Assembly: GCA_012799495.1 (NCBI GenBank)
Contig: JAAZLD010000186.1
Coordinates: 1 to 34,551 of the forward strand
Length of the DNA stretch: 34,551 nt
Direction: 5' to 3'
Source of the DNA: Desulfitobacterium sp.
GTDB taxonomy: Bacteria > Bacillota > Desulfitobacteriia > Desulfitobacteriales > Desulfitobacteriaceae
In this document: in pieces, positions 19,384 through 26,884 of the stretch
Numbering within the stretch: position 1 is the first letter of the stretch
How the letters are laid out: each line of letters starts with the position of its first letter
Made by a program: the position numbers and the translations under genes
The notes under the pieces: model-generated
What the model saw: only the letters and a program-made list of their open reading frames with translations
What the model was told of the DNA's origin: nothing
Databases searched by the model: none

Positions 19384-20169
19384 CTATTTGTCCTGGAAAT
19401 TGGGCTTTCTTTTTTCGAAAAAGGCTGCAACAGCTTCATTTTGATCTTCTGTTCCACAGCAGAATGCTGATTGGATTTGTTCGAGAAGAAGGCCACCAGC
19501 TACACTACTATCTGCTGCTGCGTTGATAGCCTTTTTACCGAAGCGTATTCCCCAGGGTGGATTGTTGATAATTTTTTGGGCTAGTTTTTGAGCGCGCCTT
19601 TGCAAGCTATCATAATCGTTTTCCACTATTTCAATCAGTCCTATTTGCAGAGCTTCCTGGGCGTCAATCTCATCACAGGCTAAAATCAGACGTTTAGCCT
19701 GGCCAGGCCCCACTAGACGGGGTAAAAGTTGGGTTCCTCCCATATCTGGAGCCAATCCAAAGCGTGCTTCGGGAATAGAAAAGCGAGCATCAGCAGAAGC
19801 CAAGCGAATATCTGCCGCAAGAATCATTTCAAGCCCCGCCCCAATACATACACCGTTAATCGCAGCTATTACAACAGCATTCATCTCTTGAAAACGAGTA
19901 TATGTCTTTTGGATTCTTGTAATTTTGCTGATCACTGTCCTAGAGTCAAAGGATTGCAACTCTTTGAGATCGATCCCCGCACAAAAATGAGGTCCTTCAG
20001 CGTTAATAATTAGAACTCTAATATCAGGGTTTTCCCCGATTTCATCTTGAATTGCTTGGATTTCCAGCCATTGGTCATATCCCAAGGTGTTCATACGCTC
20101 TGGACGACAAAAAGTCATTGTAGCAATAGGACCCTCTTGTGTTACCTTAAAATACTTATACTCTCCCAT
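19384..20169 (-). CDS. Enoyl-CoA hydratase/isomerase (crotonase superfamily)
   Basis: FCAGIDL, AAINGVCIGAGLE, PEARFGLAPDMGG (both catalytic Glu present), FFEKRKPNF. Confidence 0.92.
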   Translation of the reverse strand: MGEYKYFKVTQEGPIATMTFCRPERMNTLGYDQWLEIQAIQDEIGENPDIRVLIINAEGPHFCAGIDLKELQSFDSRTVISKITRIQKTYTRFQEMNAVVIAAINGVCIGAGLEMILAADIRLASADARFSIPEARFGLAPDMGGTQLLPRLVGPGQAKRLILACDEIDAQEALQIGLIEIVENDYDSLQRRAQKLAQKIINNPPWGIRFGKKAINAAADSSVAGGLLLEQIQSAFCCGTEDQNEAVAAFFEKRKPNFQDK

Positions 20170-20197
20170 TTGATCTCCTCCAAAATCTTCGAAATAA

Positions 20198-20662
20198 TTA
20201 CTCCCCTTTTAGAGCTAAATACTTTAGTATTTCTCTATCAAAAGGGGGAAACGATTCAACTAGTTCTGCTATATTCACTTGAGCTAATCTGTTTTCTAAG
20301 GCCTCCCGGGCATTATCCAAGTGAATTTTTAATACTGAATTGATCTCCTTTCCAATGGGACAATGGGGATTTGGGCTATCATGAAGCCCAAAGAGTTGGT
20401 TTTCCTCTGTTAGTTCCACAGCTCTATAAACATCCAACAGAGTAATTTCTGTTGGTTTTTTGGTCAAATTAGCCCCACCTATCCCTGTAGGAATGATGAT
20501 AAGTTCTCCTCGTTTTAAATAACCCATGATACGTCTGATTAAGACAGGATTGGTATTTACACTTTTGGCTAGGATCTCACTGGTTACTTTCACTTCATCA
20601 GGTACCCAAGCTAGAATTATGAGTATTTGTACTGCTACAGGAAATCTACTACTTAAATGCAT
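20198..20662 (-). CDS. Rrf2 family regulator, single-Cys YwnA/SifR type
   Basis: SSRFxVA, TSExLAxSVNTNPVxIR, ITLLDVYRAV, HDSPNPHCPIG; lacks the three Fe-S Cys of IscR/NsrR. Confidence 0.88.
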   Translation of the reverse strand: MHLSSRFPVAVQILIILAWVPDEVKVTSEILAKSVNTNPVLIRRIMGYLKRGELIIIPTGIGGANLTKKPTEITLLDVYRAVELTEENQLFGLHDSPNPHCPIGKEINSVLKIHLDNAREALENRLAQVNIAELVESFPPFDREILKYLALKGE

Positions 20663-20714
20663 GAATTCTTACCTCGTTTCACCAGATTTAGACTAGACCT
20701 TGAGTTAAAACTCT

Positions 20715-22952
20715 TTAGAGTTTTTCCACACGACAGGGAATTCTTCGATGAAGAGGTGTCCCTAGTTCATCCCTTTCAGTGCTAGATACTAACTCATTAA
20801 CATTTACTCCATATTTCTTTCCTTCATATATTAACCCTCCCCCATGACGAATATAGACACAACCAGGGGCTGCTAGATTACTTATTTCCACTAGGACTTT
20901 TGCTGAGGAGGTTTTGGTTTTGATTAAAGCTTTCTCTCCATCAATAAGGTCTAAGCGAGCGGCATCAGCTTCATTCACCCACATTTTCTCCCAGGTTTTC
21001 TCCTTATCCCAATGGGGGTTCCTGATCATCGTGTTAGCTACTGTATCGATATGTAGCCCTGCATGAAGGATTAGAGGAAATTCTTCCGGCATTTTCAGGG
21101 CTTCTTTTTCTCTCTCGATAGTGGCTTCTTTTAGTGGTTCCAGAAGTTCTTCTATGACTAAAGCCAACTTTTTATCGGGGGTCTTTAGCATTTGAAAATT
21201 ATCTCTGGGGAATTTAGATATGATCAATCCTTCAGGATGGCCTAATATATCCTTAAACATTTTTTCCACCATAGTAATATCCGCTGGATACCCCATAGCT
21301 ACTGCACCTGCTTTTAAAGCCTTACTACCATTGGCTAATAACCCAGTAATTAAAGCCTGATTCACTGAGCCAAGGGCTTTACCAAGGGTTTCACCCAGGA
21401 TCAGAGGTGCTAATCTAGAATATTGGGGATTTTCCATGAGATAACCATTTAAGGATTTAAGATAGAAGGTAATCCCCTTTTCCCCTGCTTGATAGAGAGA
21501 GACTGGTAACTCAGGCATGAAACCAAGGGCTTTGATCAGTTCTAGCATAATAGCTGACCCTTCTTTAGCTTCAGGACTGATGGGCTCAAGAACTGGTTGG
21601 CGCATTTGGAAATAAAGTTCCGGATAAGAGTAGCTAAAGCAAGTTGTATCGTAAGATTCAAGATAACTTACGCTAGGTAGGATATAATCACAATGTCGAG
21701 CAGTTTCTGTATAGGCCACATCAATGCAAACAGATAGTTCCAAATCTGCCAATGCTTTCTCATAAGCTAAAGTATCTGGCCACGAACGTAAGGGATTAGA
21801 GGCACTGACGATTAAGGCACGGATTCTTTCCGGATGATCATTGGATATTTCCTCTGGCAAAATAGCTGGTGGAAAAACCCCTAGAACTGGGAACATCTGC
21901 GTTTTAACCGTCCGCCAAGTTTTGGGATTCCGTTCATCACTATCACTACCTATTGGATATAGAAAAGCTGGAAAGATTTGTCCCCCTTCTACACAAAAAC
22001 GACCGGTAATAGCCCGAAGTATATGTAAAAGATAATTATTTAAGGTAGAATTCCGATTCATATAAATCCCTAGATCTTGATGGATACTAGATTTTGTTCG
22101 GGCTAGTAGGCGAGCAACTTCTACCACATCTTGATAATCCAAGCCACAGACTTCTTCTACTGCCCTTTTTGCATCGAATCCTACAAATAGAGATCCTAAT
22201 TCCCCCCAACCATTAACATGGTTAGATATGAATTCCTTGTCTTCCCAACCTTGATCCAGGATTATACTGATAAAAGCTTTTAAGAGCATGGTATCGCTTC
22301 CTGGCCGTAAAGGAAGATGAATATCCGCTAATTTTGCTGTTTCAGATAACCGGGGATCGATAACGATGAGTTTTTTCCCAGGATTATTGGCAAACTCTTT
22401 TAGCAATATCCTAGTTCTTGGAGTTTGGTGACTCATCCAACCATTCCATCCCCAAGCCACTAAAGTTTCTGAGTTATGTGAATCGGGCATGGAAGTTAAG
22501 CCTTGTTTACCAGCTACTCGACCATCAACCCAAAAGACATTGGAAAATTCTTGACCGAGTGAAGAGTAATAATAACGAGAACCTAATAGGCTTAAAAGTC
22601 GCAAGCCTATTCCTACTTCCATCTGGCCGCCTACATTCCCCCCGCCAGCATAGGCAAAAGCTTTAGGTCCATGTTTTTCTTTAATCTGGAGTATTTTCTC
22701 GGAAATCTCTTTAATAGCTTCCTCCCAAGTAATCCTTACATAATCCTCCCCTACCTTTTTCATGGGGTAATGAATCCGATCTCCATGATGGACATAATGG
22801 GCAATGTTTAGCCCCTTACGGCAGGTGTACCCTTGGCTCCGGGGATTATCTTTATCTCCCCGAACTTTGATAATCCTATTATCTTCTACCATAACTTCTA
22901 GGCCACAGTTTTGAGCACATAGAACACAACTAGTCTTTTTCCAATCTCCCAT
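20715..22952 (-). CDS. Cytoplasmic molybdopterin (bis-MGD) oxidoreductase, DMSO reductase superfamily
   Basis: N-terminal CVLCAQNC...CRKG 4Fe-4S motif, VIDPRLSETA, SNPLRSWPD, ETARHCDYILP, C-terminal MopB-CT domain; no Tat signal. Confidence 0.9.
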   Translation of the reverse strand: MGDWKKTSCVLCAQNCGLEVMVEDNRIIKVRGDKDNPRSQGYTCRKGLNIAHYVHHGDRIHYPMKKVGEDYVRITWEEAIKEISEKILQIKEKHGPKAFAYAGGGNVGGQMEVGIGLRLLSLLGSRYYYSSLGQEFSNVFWVDGRVAGKQGLTSMPDSHNSETLVAWGWNGWMSHQTPRTRILLKEFANNPGKKLIVIDPRLSETAKLADIHLPLRPGSDTMLLKAFISIILDQGWEDKEFISNHVNGWGELGSLFVGFDAKRAVEEVCGLDYQDVVEVARLLARTKSSIHQDLGIYMNRNSTLNNYLLHILRAITGRFCVEGGQIFPAFLYPIGSDSDERNPKTWRTVKTQMFPVLGVFPPAILPEEISNDHPERIRALIVSASNPLRSWPDTLAYEKALADLELSVCIDVAYTETARHCDYILPSVSYLESYDTTCFSYSYPELYFQMRQPVLEPISPEAKEGSAIMLELIKALGFMPELPVSLYQAGEKGITFYLKSLNGYLMENPQYSRLAPLILGETLGKALGSVNQALITGLLANGSKALKAGAVAMGYPADITMVEKMFKDILGHPEGLIISKFPRDNFQMLKTPDKKLALVIEELLEPLKEATIEREKEALKMPEEFPLILHAGLHIDTVANTMIRNPHWDKEKTWEKMWVNEADAARLDLIDGEKALIKTKTSSAKVLVEISNLAAPGCVYIRHGGGLIYEGKKYGVNVNELVSSTERDELGTPLHRRIPCRVEKL

Positions 22953-22984
22953 AGTCCTCCCCTTTCAAGTAGCCTTTTATTTCC

Positions 22985-23003
22985 TGTAACTACCTTGGTT
23001 ACA
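22985..23003. promoter_or_regulatory. Putative Rrf2 operator TGTAAC-N7-GTTACA
   Basis: tgtaac-taccttg-gttaca abutting the -10 box. Confidence 0.75.
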
Positions 23004-23031
23004 TGTTAGCAAGATAAGGTATCATTGTCAA
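23003..23031 (-). promoter_or_regulatory. sigmaA promoter of the Mo-enzyme/rrf2/hydratase operon
   Basis: TTGACA-17 nt-TAACAT with TG extension. Confidence 0.7.
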
Positions 23032-23173
23032 TAATATTCTGACTATTTCGTAAATAGAGAAAGACCTTTCTAAAGTTGCAATTATAGTATTAATCCTGAC
23101 TTCAAAAAGGTCTCTTTGGTTTAATTAAAGTTCCACTTATATTTCGTTTTTATAGTCACCTAATTATAGTAGC

Positions 23174-24091
23174 TCAATAATTAGCCTCCCTAGATTTTAT
23201 TTCATCATAGAGTCGCTGATTCACCGGCGTAGAAATACCATGTTTCTCCCCCAGTTCCAAAACTGTCCCAGCGAAAAGTTCTACTTCACTATAGCGCTTT
23301 GCCTCCACGTCCTGGAGCATTGAAGGTTTGCCTAAAGGACTTAGCTTGCTAAGGACATCCAACCAATAATTGAGATCATCTTCTGTTAGATTTATCCCTT
23401 CTTTTTGAGCAAGGATCATAACCTCTCTCATAGCTCCGATCATAGTATCTCTTGCTTCCCCTTCATTCTGAATAACTCCATAGCCGCCACCGTAAACAGC
23501 TACAGCTTGGTTAACTCCAACGTTAAGCATGAGTTTTCCCCACATGCGCTTGGGCATATCTGTATCTACGATATAGGGAAATTCCGTTTTATCAAAAAAA
23601 GCAGATACCCTTTTAACCTTTGTCGAAGGGGCTCCAGCTTCCCGGTCTCCAAAGCATAATAATCCCATATTGTGATAGGTAAGCTCATTACCTTCTTTTA
23701 CAGCATCCATTCCCTGGGCGACACAATAAAGAACTTTTTCCATACCATAGACCTGTCCTATTAAACCCTCACTGGTAACACCATTTAAGGCGGATAAAAT
23801 AATAGTATTTTCACCTACATGGTTATGCACGGCTTTAATAGCTTCTACTAAACCATTATATTTCACGGTAAAAATAATTAAATCTGCTGGCAAGACTTCC
23901 TCCTCAGGAGTTACATAATTAAATTCACAAGGTTCCCCATTACAATACACACCGTCTTGCTTATACTTATATAATCTATCTTGATCGGCGATAATTCTTA
24001 AATCACTTGGGGGCATTTTTTTTGCTAAGTGATTAGCAAAAAGTATTCCCAAAGCACCTAAACCTATGATTGATACTTTCTTAATCTCCAT
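23174..24091 (-). CDS. panE: Ketopantoate reductase family protein (PanE/ApbA)
   Basis: IIGLGALG, TVKY, NG, WGKLMLN, PSMLQD, E...G, TPVN. Confidence 0.8.
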   Translation of the reverse strand: MEIKKVSIIGLGALGILFANHLAKKMPPSDLRIIADQDRLYKYKQDGVYCNGEPCEFNYVTPEEEVLPADLIIFTVKYNGLVEAIKAVHNHVGENTIILSALNGVTSEGLIGQVYGMEKVLYCVAQGMDAVKEGNELTYHNMGLLCFGDREAGAPSTKVKRVSAFFDKTEFPYIVDTDMPKRMWGKLMLNVGVNQAVAVYGGGYGVIQNEGEARDTMIGAMREVMILAQKEGINLTEDDLNYWLDVLSKLSPLGKPSMLQDVEAKRYSEVELFAGTVLELGEKHGISTPVNQRLYDEIKSREANY

Positions 24092-24176
24092 CCTCTAACC
24101 CGTTCCTCCATAATTCTTGTAATTTTCTTAATTATACTATAACAGCAATTATTATAGAAGGTGATATGAAAAATAC

Positions 24177-24209
24177 AAAAAAACAGGTAACCCTTTTCTG
24201 GGCAACCTG
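24177..24209 (-). terminator. Intrinsic terminator after the small ORF
   Basis: caggt..ccc/ggg..acctg stem plus minus-strand U7. Confidence 0.65.
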
Positions 24210-24227
24210 CTCTTGATGAAAAAATTA

Positions 24228-24422
24228 TTAAATAGCTAAGGCATTCACATTCACTTGGTCCATATTATTGAAGACTTGATACTCAGCTACAATAAAGTTT
24301 ACAAAATCGTATTTTTCTTTTTGGATGGCAGCATATCTGTCAGCATCCTGCTTGTTAGTAAAAATTTTATCAATTGTGCTAACAAAGTTAGTATCTACAG
24401 ATTTTACTACATATACTTTCAT
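24228..24422 (-). CDS. Small hypothetical protein (64 aa; alternative start 24440)
   Basis: GGGGTG RBS before MKVYVVKS; own terminator; no recognised domain. Confidence 0.6.
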   Translation of the reverse strand: MKVYVVKSVDTNFVSTIDKIFTNKQDADRYAAIQKEKYDFVNFIVAEYQVFNNMDQVNVNALAI

Positions 24423-24618
24423 TTGTATCACCCCATTCATCCCTCTCCTTAAGCATTATTTTAGTATAGATTTATTTAAATAATAAGAATATCTACCCTA
24501 ATGGTTGAATTATCCCCCTCACCAGTCTAATCTTAAGGGTCAACGGTCATTAGGGAAGGATAAAGGAGGACTTTGGTAAGATATAAATAGAGAGAGATGA
24601 ACATAGGTTGATTAAATA

Positions 24619-24659
24619 ATGAGTGGTAGGTGATGAAATGGGTGGATGAGTGGTAGGTG
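24619..24659 (+). repeat. 14-bp direct repeat atgagtggtaggtg x2 in a G/A-rich tract
   Basis: Exact copies at 24619-24632 and 24646-24659; partial third copy (atgagtgg) at 24718. Confidence 0.7.
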
Positions 24660-24785
24660 GATAGCAAATTATTGAATGAGAAAATGGAATCTGGGAAAAT
24701 AATGATTGTAGCAATAAATGAGTGGATGACTGTATAGCTATAAAAGTAAATGAATTTAATGGTTAAGTTGTATTGACAAAAAATA

Positions 24786-25430
24786 TTAGATGGATTGTAT
24801 AGCTTTTAAAGCATCAATTGTACTAAGAACATTTACTCCAATATTTTTTATTTCTTCAATTCCTTTTGGATACAACTGGGATATGGCATCATGGATCATA
24901 ACTATGCGAAAATCTCTTTCACTTGCCTCATATATTGATGAACGGGTACAGTTAGGATAGTTACACCCGGTAAACACAAGAGTATCAATTTCATTTTGAT
25001 GAAGAAAGTTCTCTAGGTCAGTTTGGTAAAAAGCACCCCATCTAGGCTTAAACATAACCCATTCTTTTTCCCCTATTAGTTGAAATTCTCCCTTTAAAAG
25101 TTTATTATCGTCAAGGCCCTTGTAGGATGGGGGCCAAAGCTCCCTAACTAACTCTGCCCCTTCACTATGGGGGGTGACAATCCTTGCTCCGTTTGCTATA
25201 GCCTCTCTTCGGAATATTTCTGCATTAGAGCCATCTTCTTTGTAAAGGCGAACAACATGAAGGATCGGGAGTCCTTTTTTCCTGTAGACTGTAAGGAGCT
25301 GTTTCATTTTAGGTAAAATCTCCATAGTACCTTTAATTTCTGCTGGTGCACCAGGTAGGGTAAAATCATTTTGAGTATCAATTGTAATTAGAATTGAATT
25401 TTGCCAATGTGGTTTTGTGTATTTACTCAC
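24786..25430 (-). CDS. Isochorismatase-like cysteine hydrolase
   Basis: IDTQNDF (Asp), KPRWGAFYQT (Lys), GCNYPNC (Cys) triad. Confidence 0.9.
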   Translation of the reverse strand: MSKYTKPHWQNSILITIDTQNDFTLPGAPAEIKGTMEILPKMKQLLTVYRKKGLPILHVVRLYKEDGSNAEIFRREAIANGARIVTPHSEGAELVRELWPPSYKGLDDNKLLKGEFQLIGEKEWVMFKPRWGAFYQTDLENFLHQNEIDTLVFTGCNYPNCTRSSIYEASERDFRIVMIHDAISQLYPKGIEEIKNIGVNVLSTIDALKAIQSI

Positions 25431-25446
25431 TATTATTCTCCTTTAC

Positions 25447-25728
25447 CTAACCGCTAACCTGGGACTGGGGGTTATATTTACAGGGTCGTGGTACTCCATC
25501 CTTCGGAGGTTCTTTATGTTTGCGACAAGGTGTTTTACAAATTGTGTCACTAAATAAGCAATGGACCGGTTCAATAGGTGGCCTCATTGGGAGATCCGCC
25601 CCACATTTTTTACACTTTACAGGTTCATCGGGGTCATCCATATTCAATGTTTTACAATTAGGACAAATCTTTGGTCTAGGTTTTGGTGGTTTACAATTGC
25701 CACAGAAAGGATTACATGACCAACACAT
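25447..25728 (-). CDS. Cys/Pro-rich 93-aa metal-binding protein (12 Cys, central zinc ribbon)
   Basis: CWSC-x3-CGNC, CPNC...CKKC plus four further Cys; AAGGAG RBS; abuts the upstream stop codon. Confidence 0.8.
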   Translation of the reverse strand: MCWSCNPFCGNCKPPKPRPKICPNCKTLNMDDPDEPVKCKKCGADLPMRPPIEPVHCLFSDTICKTPCRKHKEPPKDGVPRPCKYNPQSQVSG

Positions 25729-26631
25729 TTATTTCGCTCCTTTCAACTGGGTATTCTCGTCATATTTTATTGAGTACCATGATTTGTAAAAATCCTTGAT
25801 GATTGCTTCGATGTCATTAGCTACTGGAAAATTCACTTTATGTCCTACTTCTTTTTCTTCTAGAACTACTAATCCTTTAGTGAGGTTATTATAATTTAAG
25901 GAGATAGACTGTTCCTGGTTGTTAAAGAAATGAGGATTAGTCAAATATGCAGCAGCTAAAAGATCCCATGTATAAAAGCCGTTTAGTTTGGAATTTTCTT
26001 TATTATGTTCTAGCCAGGACTTACTCCGATCAAATATATATCTTCCAATAGGAAATTTACTTGAACCAAGATTATGAACAAAGCGATCATAACTGACAAA
26101 AAGTTCGAGCCCACGATCTTGAGTGATAAGAGACAAATTCTTTCCTTCTCTTAGAACCCATAAGGTGGCAGTTGGATCGCTGGAGAAATTCCACTCATCA
26201 ATAACTGTACCATTAATAATTATTTCTTGAAAAACTCCACCCATAATGACTAATTGACCTACTTTATCAAAAAAACCAGGGTCGATTACATAAGCACCAT
26301 AAAGATTAGTGAGAACCCCAGTGGCTAAAATAGATATTTCTCCGGGATAGGTATTAACCATTTCTACCAGGTATTCAGCAGCAATACTTTGGAAACTGTA
26401 GCGGTTGGCACTTCCTTTAATTATCGGGATAGCAGTCCGCCCTAATTCTTGTAGCATATTAACTGTATTACTGTGAACAATATCGATTTTACTATTACCA
26501 TAGGTGGTGGTGATTCCACAAATTTGAATATTCTCTTTTCCTAAAAGATATAATAAAGCAAGTCCACCGTTTATATCACAACCATGGACTCCCATGGTAT
26601 TATCGCAGTCAAAAATAACTTTCATATGCAT
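25729..26631 (-). CDS. Nucleoside hydrolase (IU-NH) fold protein with a degenerate Asp motif
   Basis: DCDNTMG, ITTTYGN, ATGVLTN, MGG, EWNFSSD, WD; expected DxDD reads DING. Start 26631 or 26625. Confidence 0.8.
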   Translation of the reverse strand: MHMKVIFDCDNTMGVHGCDINGGLALLYLLGKENIQICGITTTYGNSKIDIVHSNTVNMLQELGRTAIPIIKGSANRYSFQSIAAEYLVEMVNTYPGEISILATGVLTNLYGAYVIDPGFFDKVGQLVIMGGVFQEIIINGTVIDEWNFSSDPTATLWVLREGKNLSLITQDRGLELFVSYDRFVHNLGSSKFPIGRYIFDRSKSWLEHNKENSKLNGFYTWDLLAAAYLTNPHFFNNQEQSISLNYNNLTKGLVVLEEKEVGHKVNFPVANDIEAIIKDFYKSWYSIKYDENTQLKGAK

Positions 26632-26690
26632 GCTCCTCCGCCATAAGTAAGTGAATTATTGAGAAAGTAAACGAGTTCAATAATTAATAT

Positions 26691-26706
26691 TGCAAGTTTT
26701 ATGCCA
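26691..26706 (-). promoter_or_regulatory. sigma54 -24/-12 promoter
   Basis: TGGCATAAAACTTGCA matches TGGCAC-N5-TTGCW; 60 nt upstream of the hydrolase gene and directly downstream of a sigma54 activator gene. Confidence 0.85.
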
Positions 26707-26759
26707 CTACTCAAAACCTCGATTTTATAGGCTTTTATCTTTTTTCTTACCCCGAAAAA

Positions 26760-26795
26760 ATCCTTTTTTGCTACAATACTGCCTATTTTAGTACA
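26760..26795 (-). promoter_or_regulatory. Candidate tandem upstream activator sequences
   Basis: Minus strand TGTactAAAATAGGCA and TGTagcAAAAAAGGAT, 20 nt apart, upstream of the -24 box. Confidence 0.4.
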
Positions 26796-26802
26796 AACTT
26801 GC

Positions 26803-26845
26803 CAAAAAGAATGTCCCCTACTCTAATCTTGCAAGTAAGGGACAT
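26803..26845 (-). terminator. Intrinsic terminator after the sigma54 activator
   Basis: atgtccc.tact/agta.gggacat stem followed by minus-strand tcttttt. Confidence 0.7.
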
Positions 26846-26884
26846 CTAAAGCCTTAATTTAATTAACAAATTTCATTTAAGTAA

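Noticed and set aside
20715-22952. Selenocysteine read-through or formate dehydrogenase identity
   Set aside because: The ORF is continuous without an in-frame TGA and lacks the Cys/Sec-His ligand motif of formate dehydrogenases.
24619-24728. Direct repeats as a mini-CRISPR
   Set aside because: Only two exact 14-bp copies with a 13-nt spacer, non-palindromic, and no cas genes.
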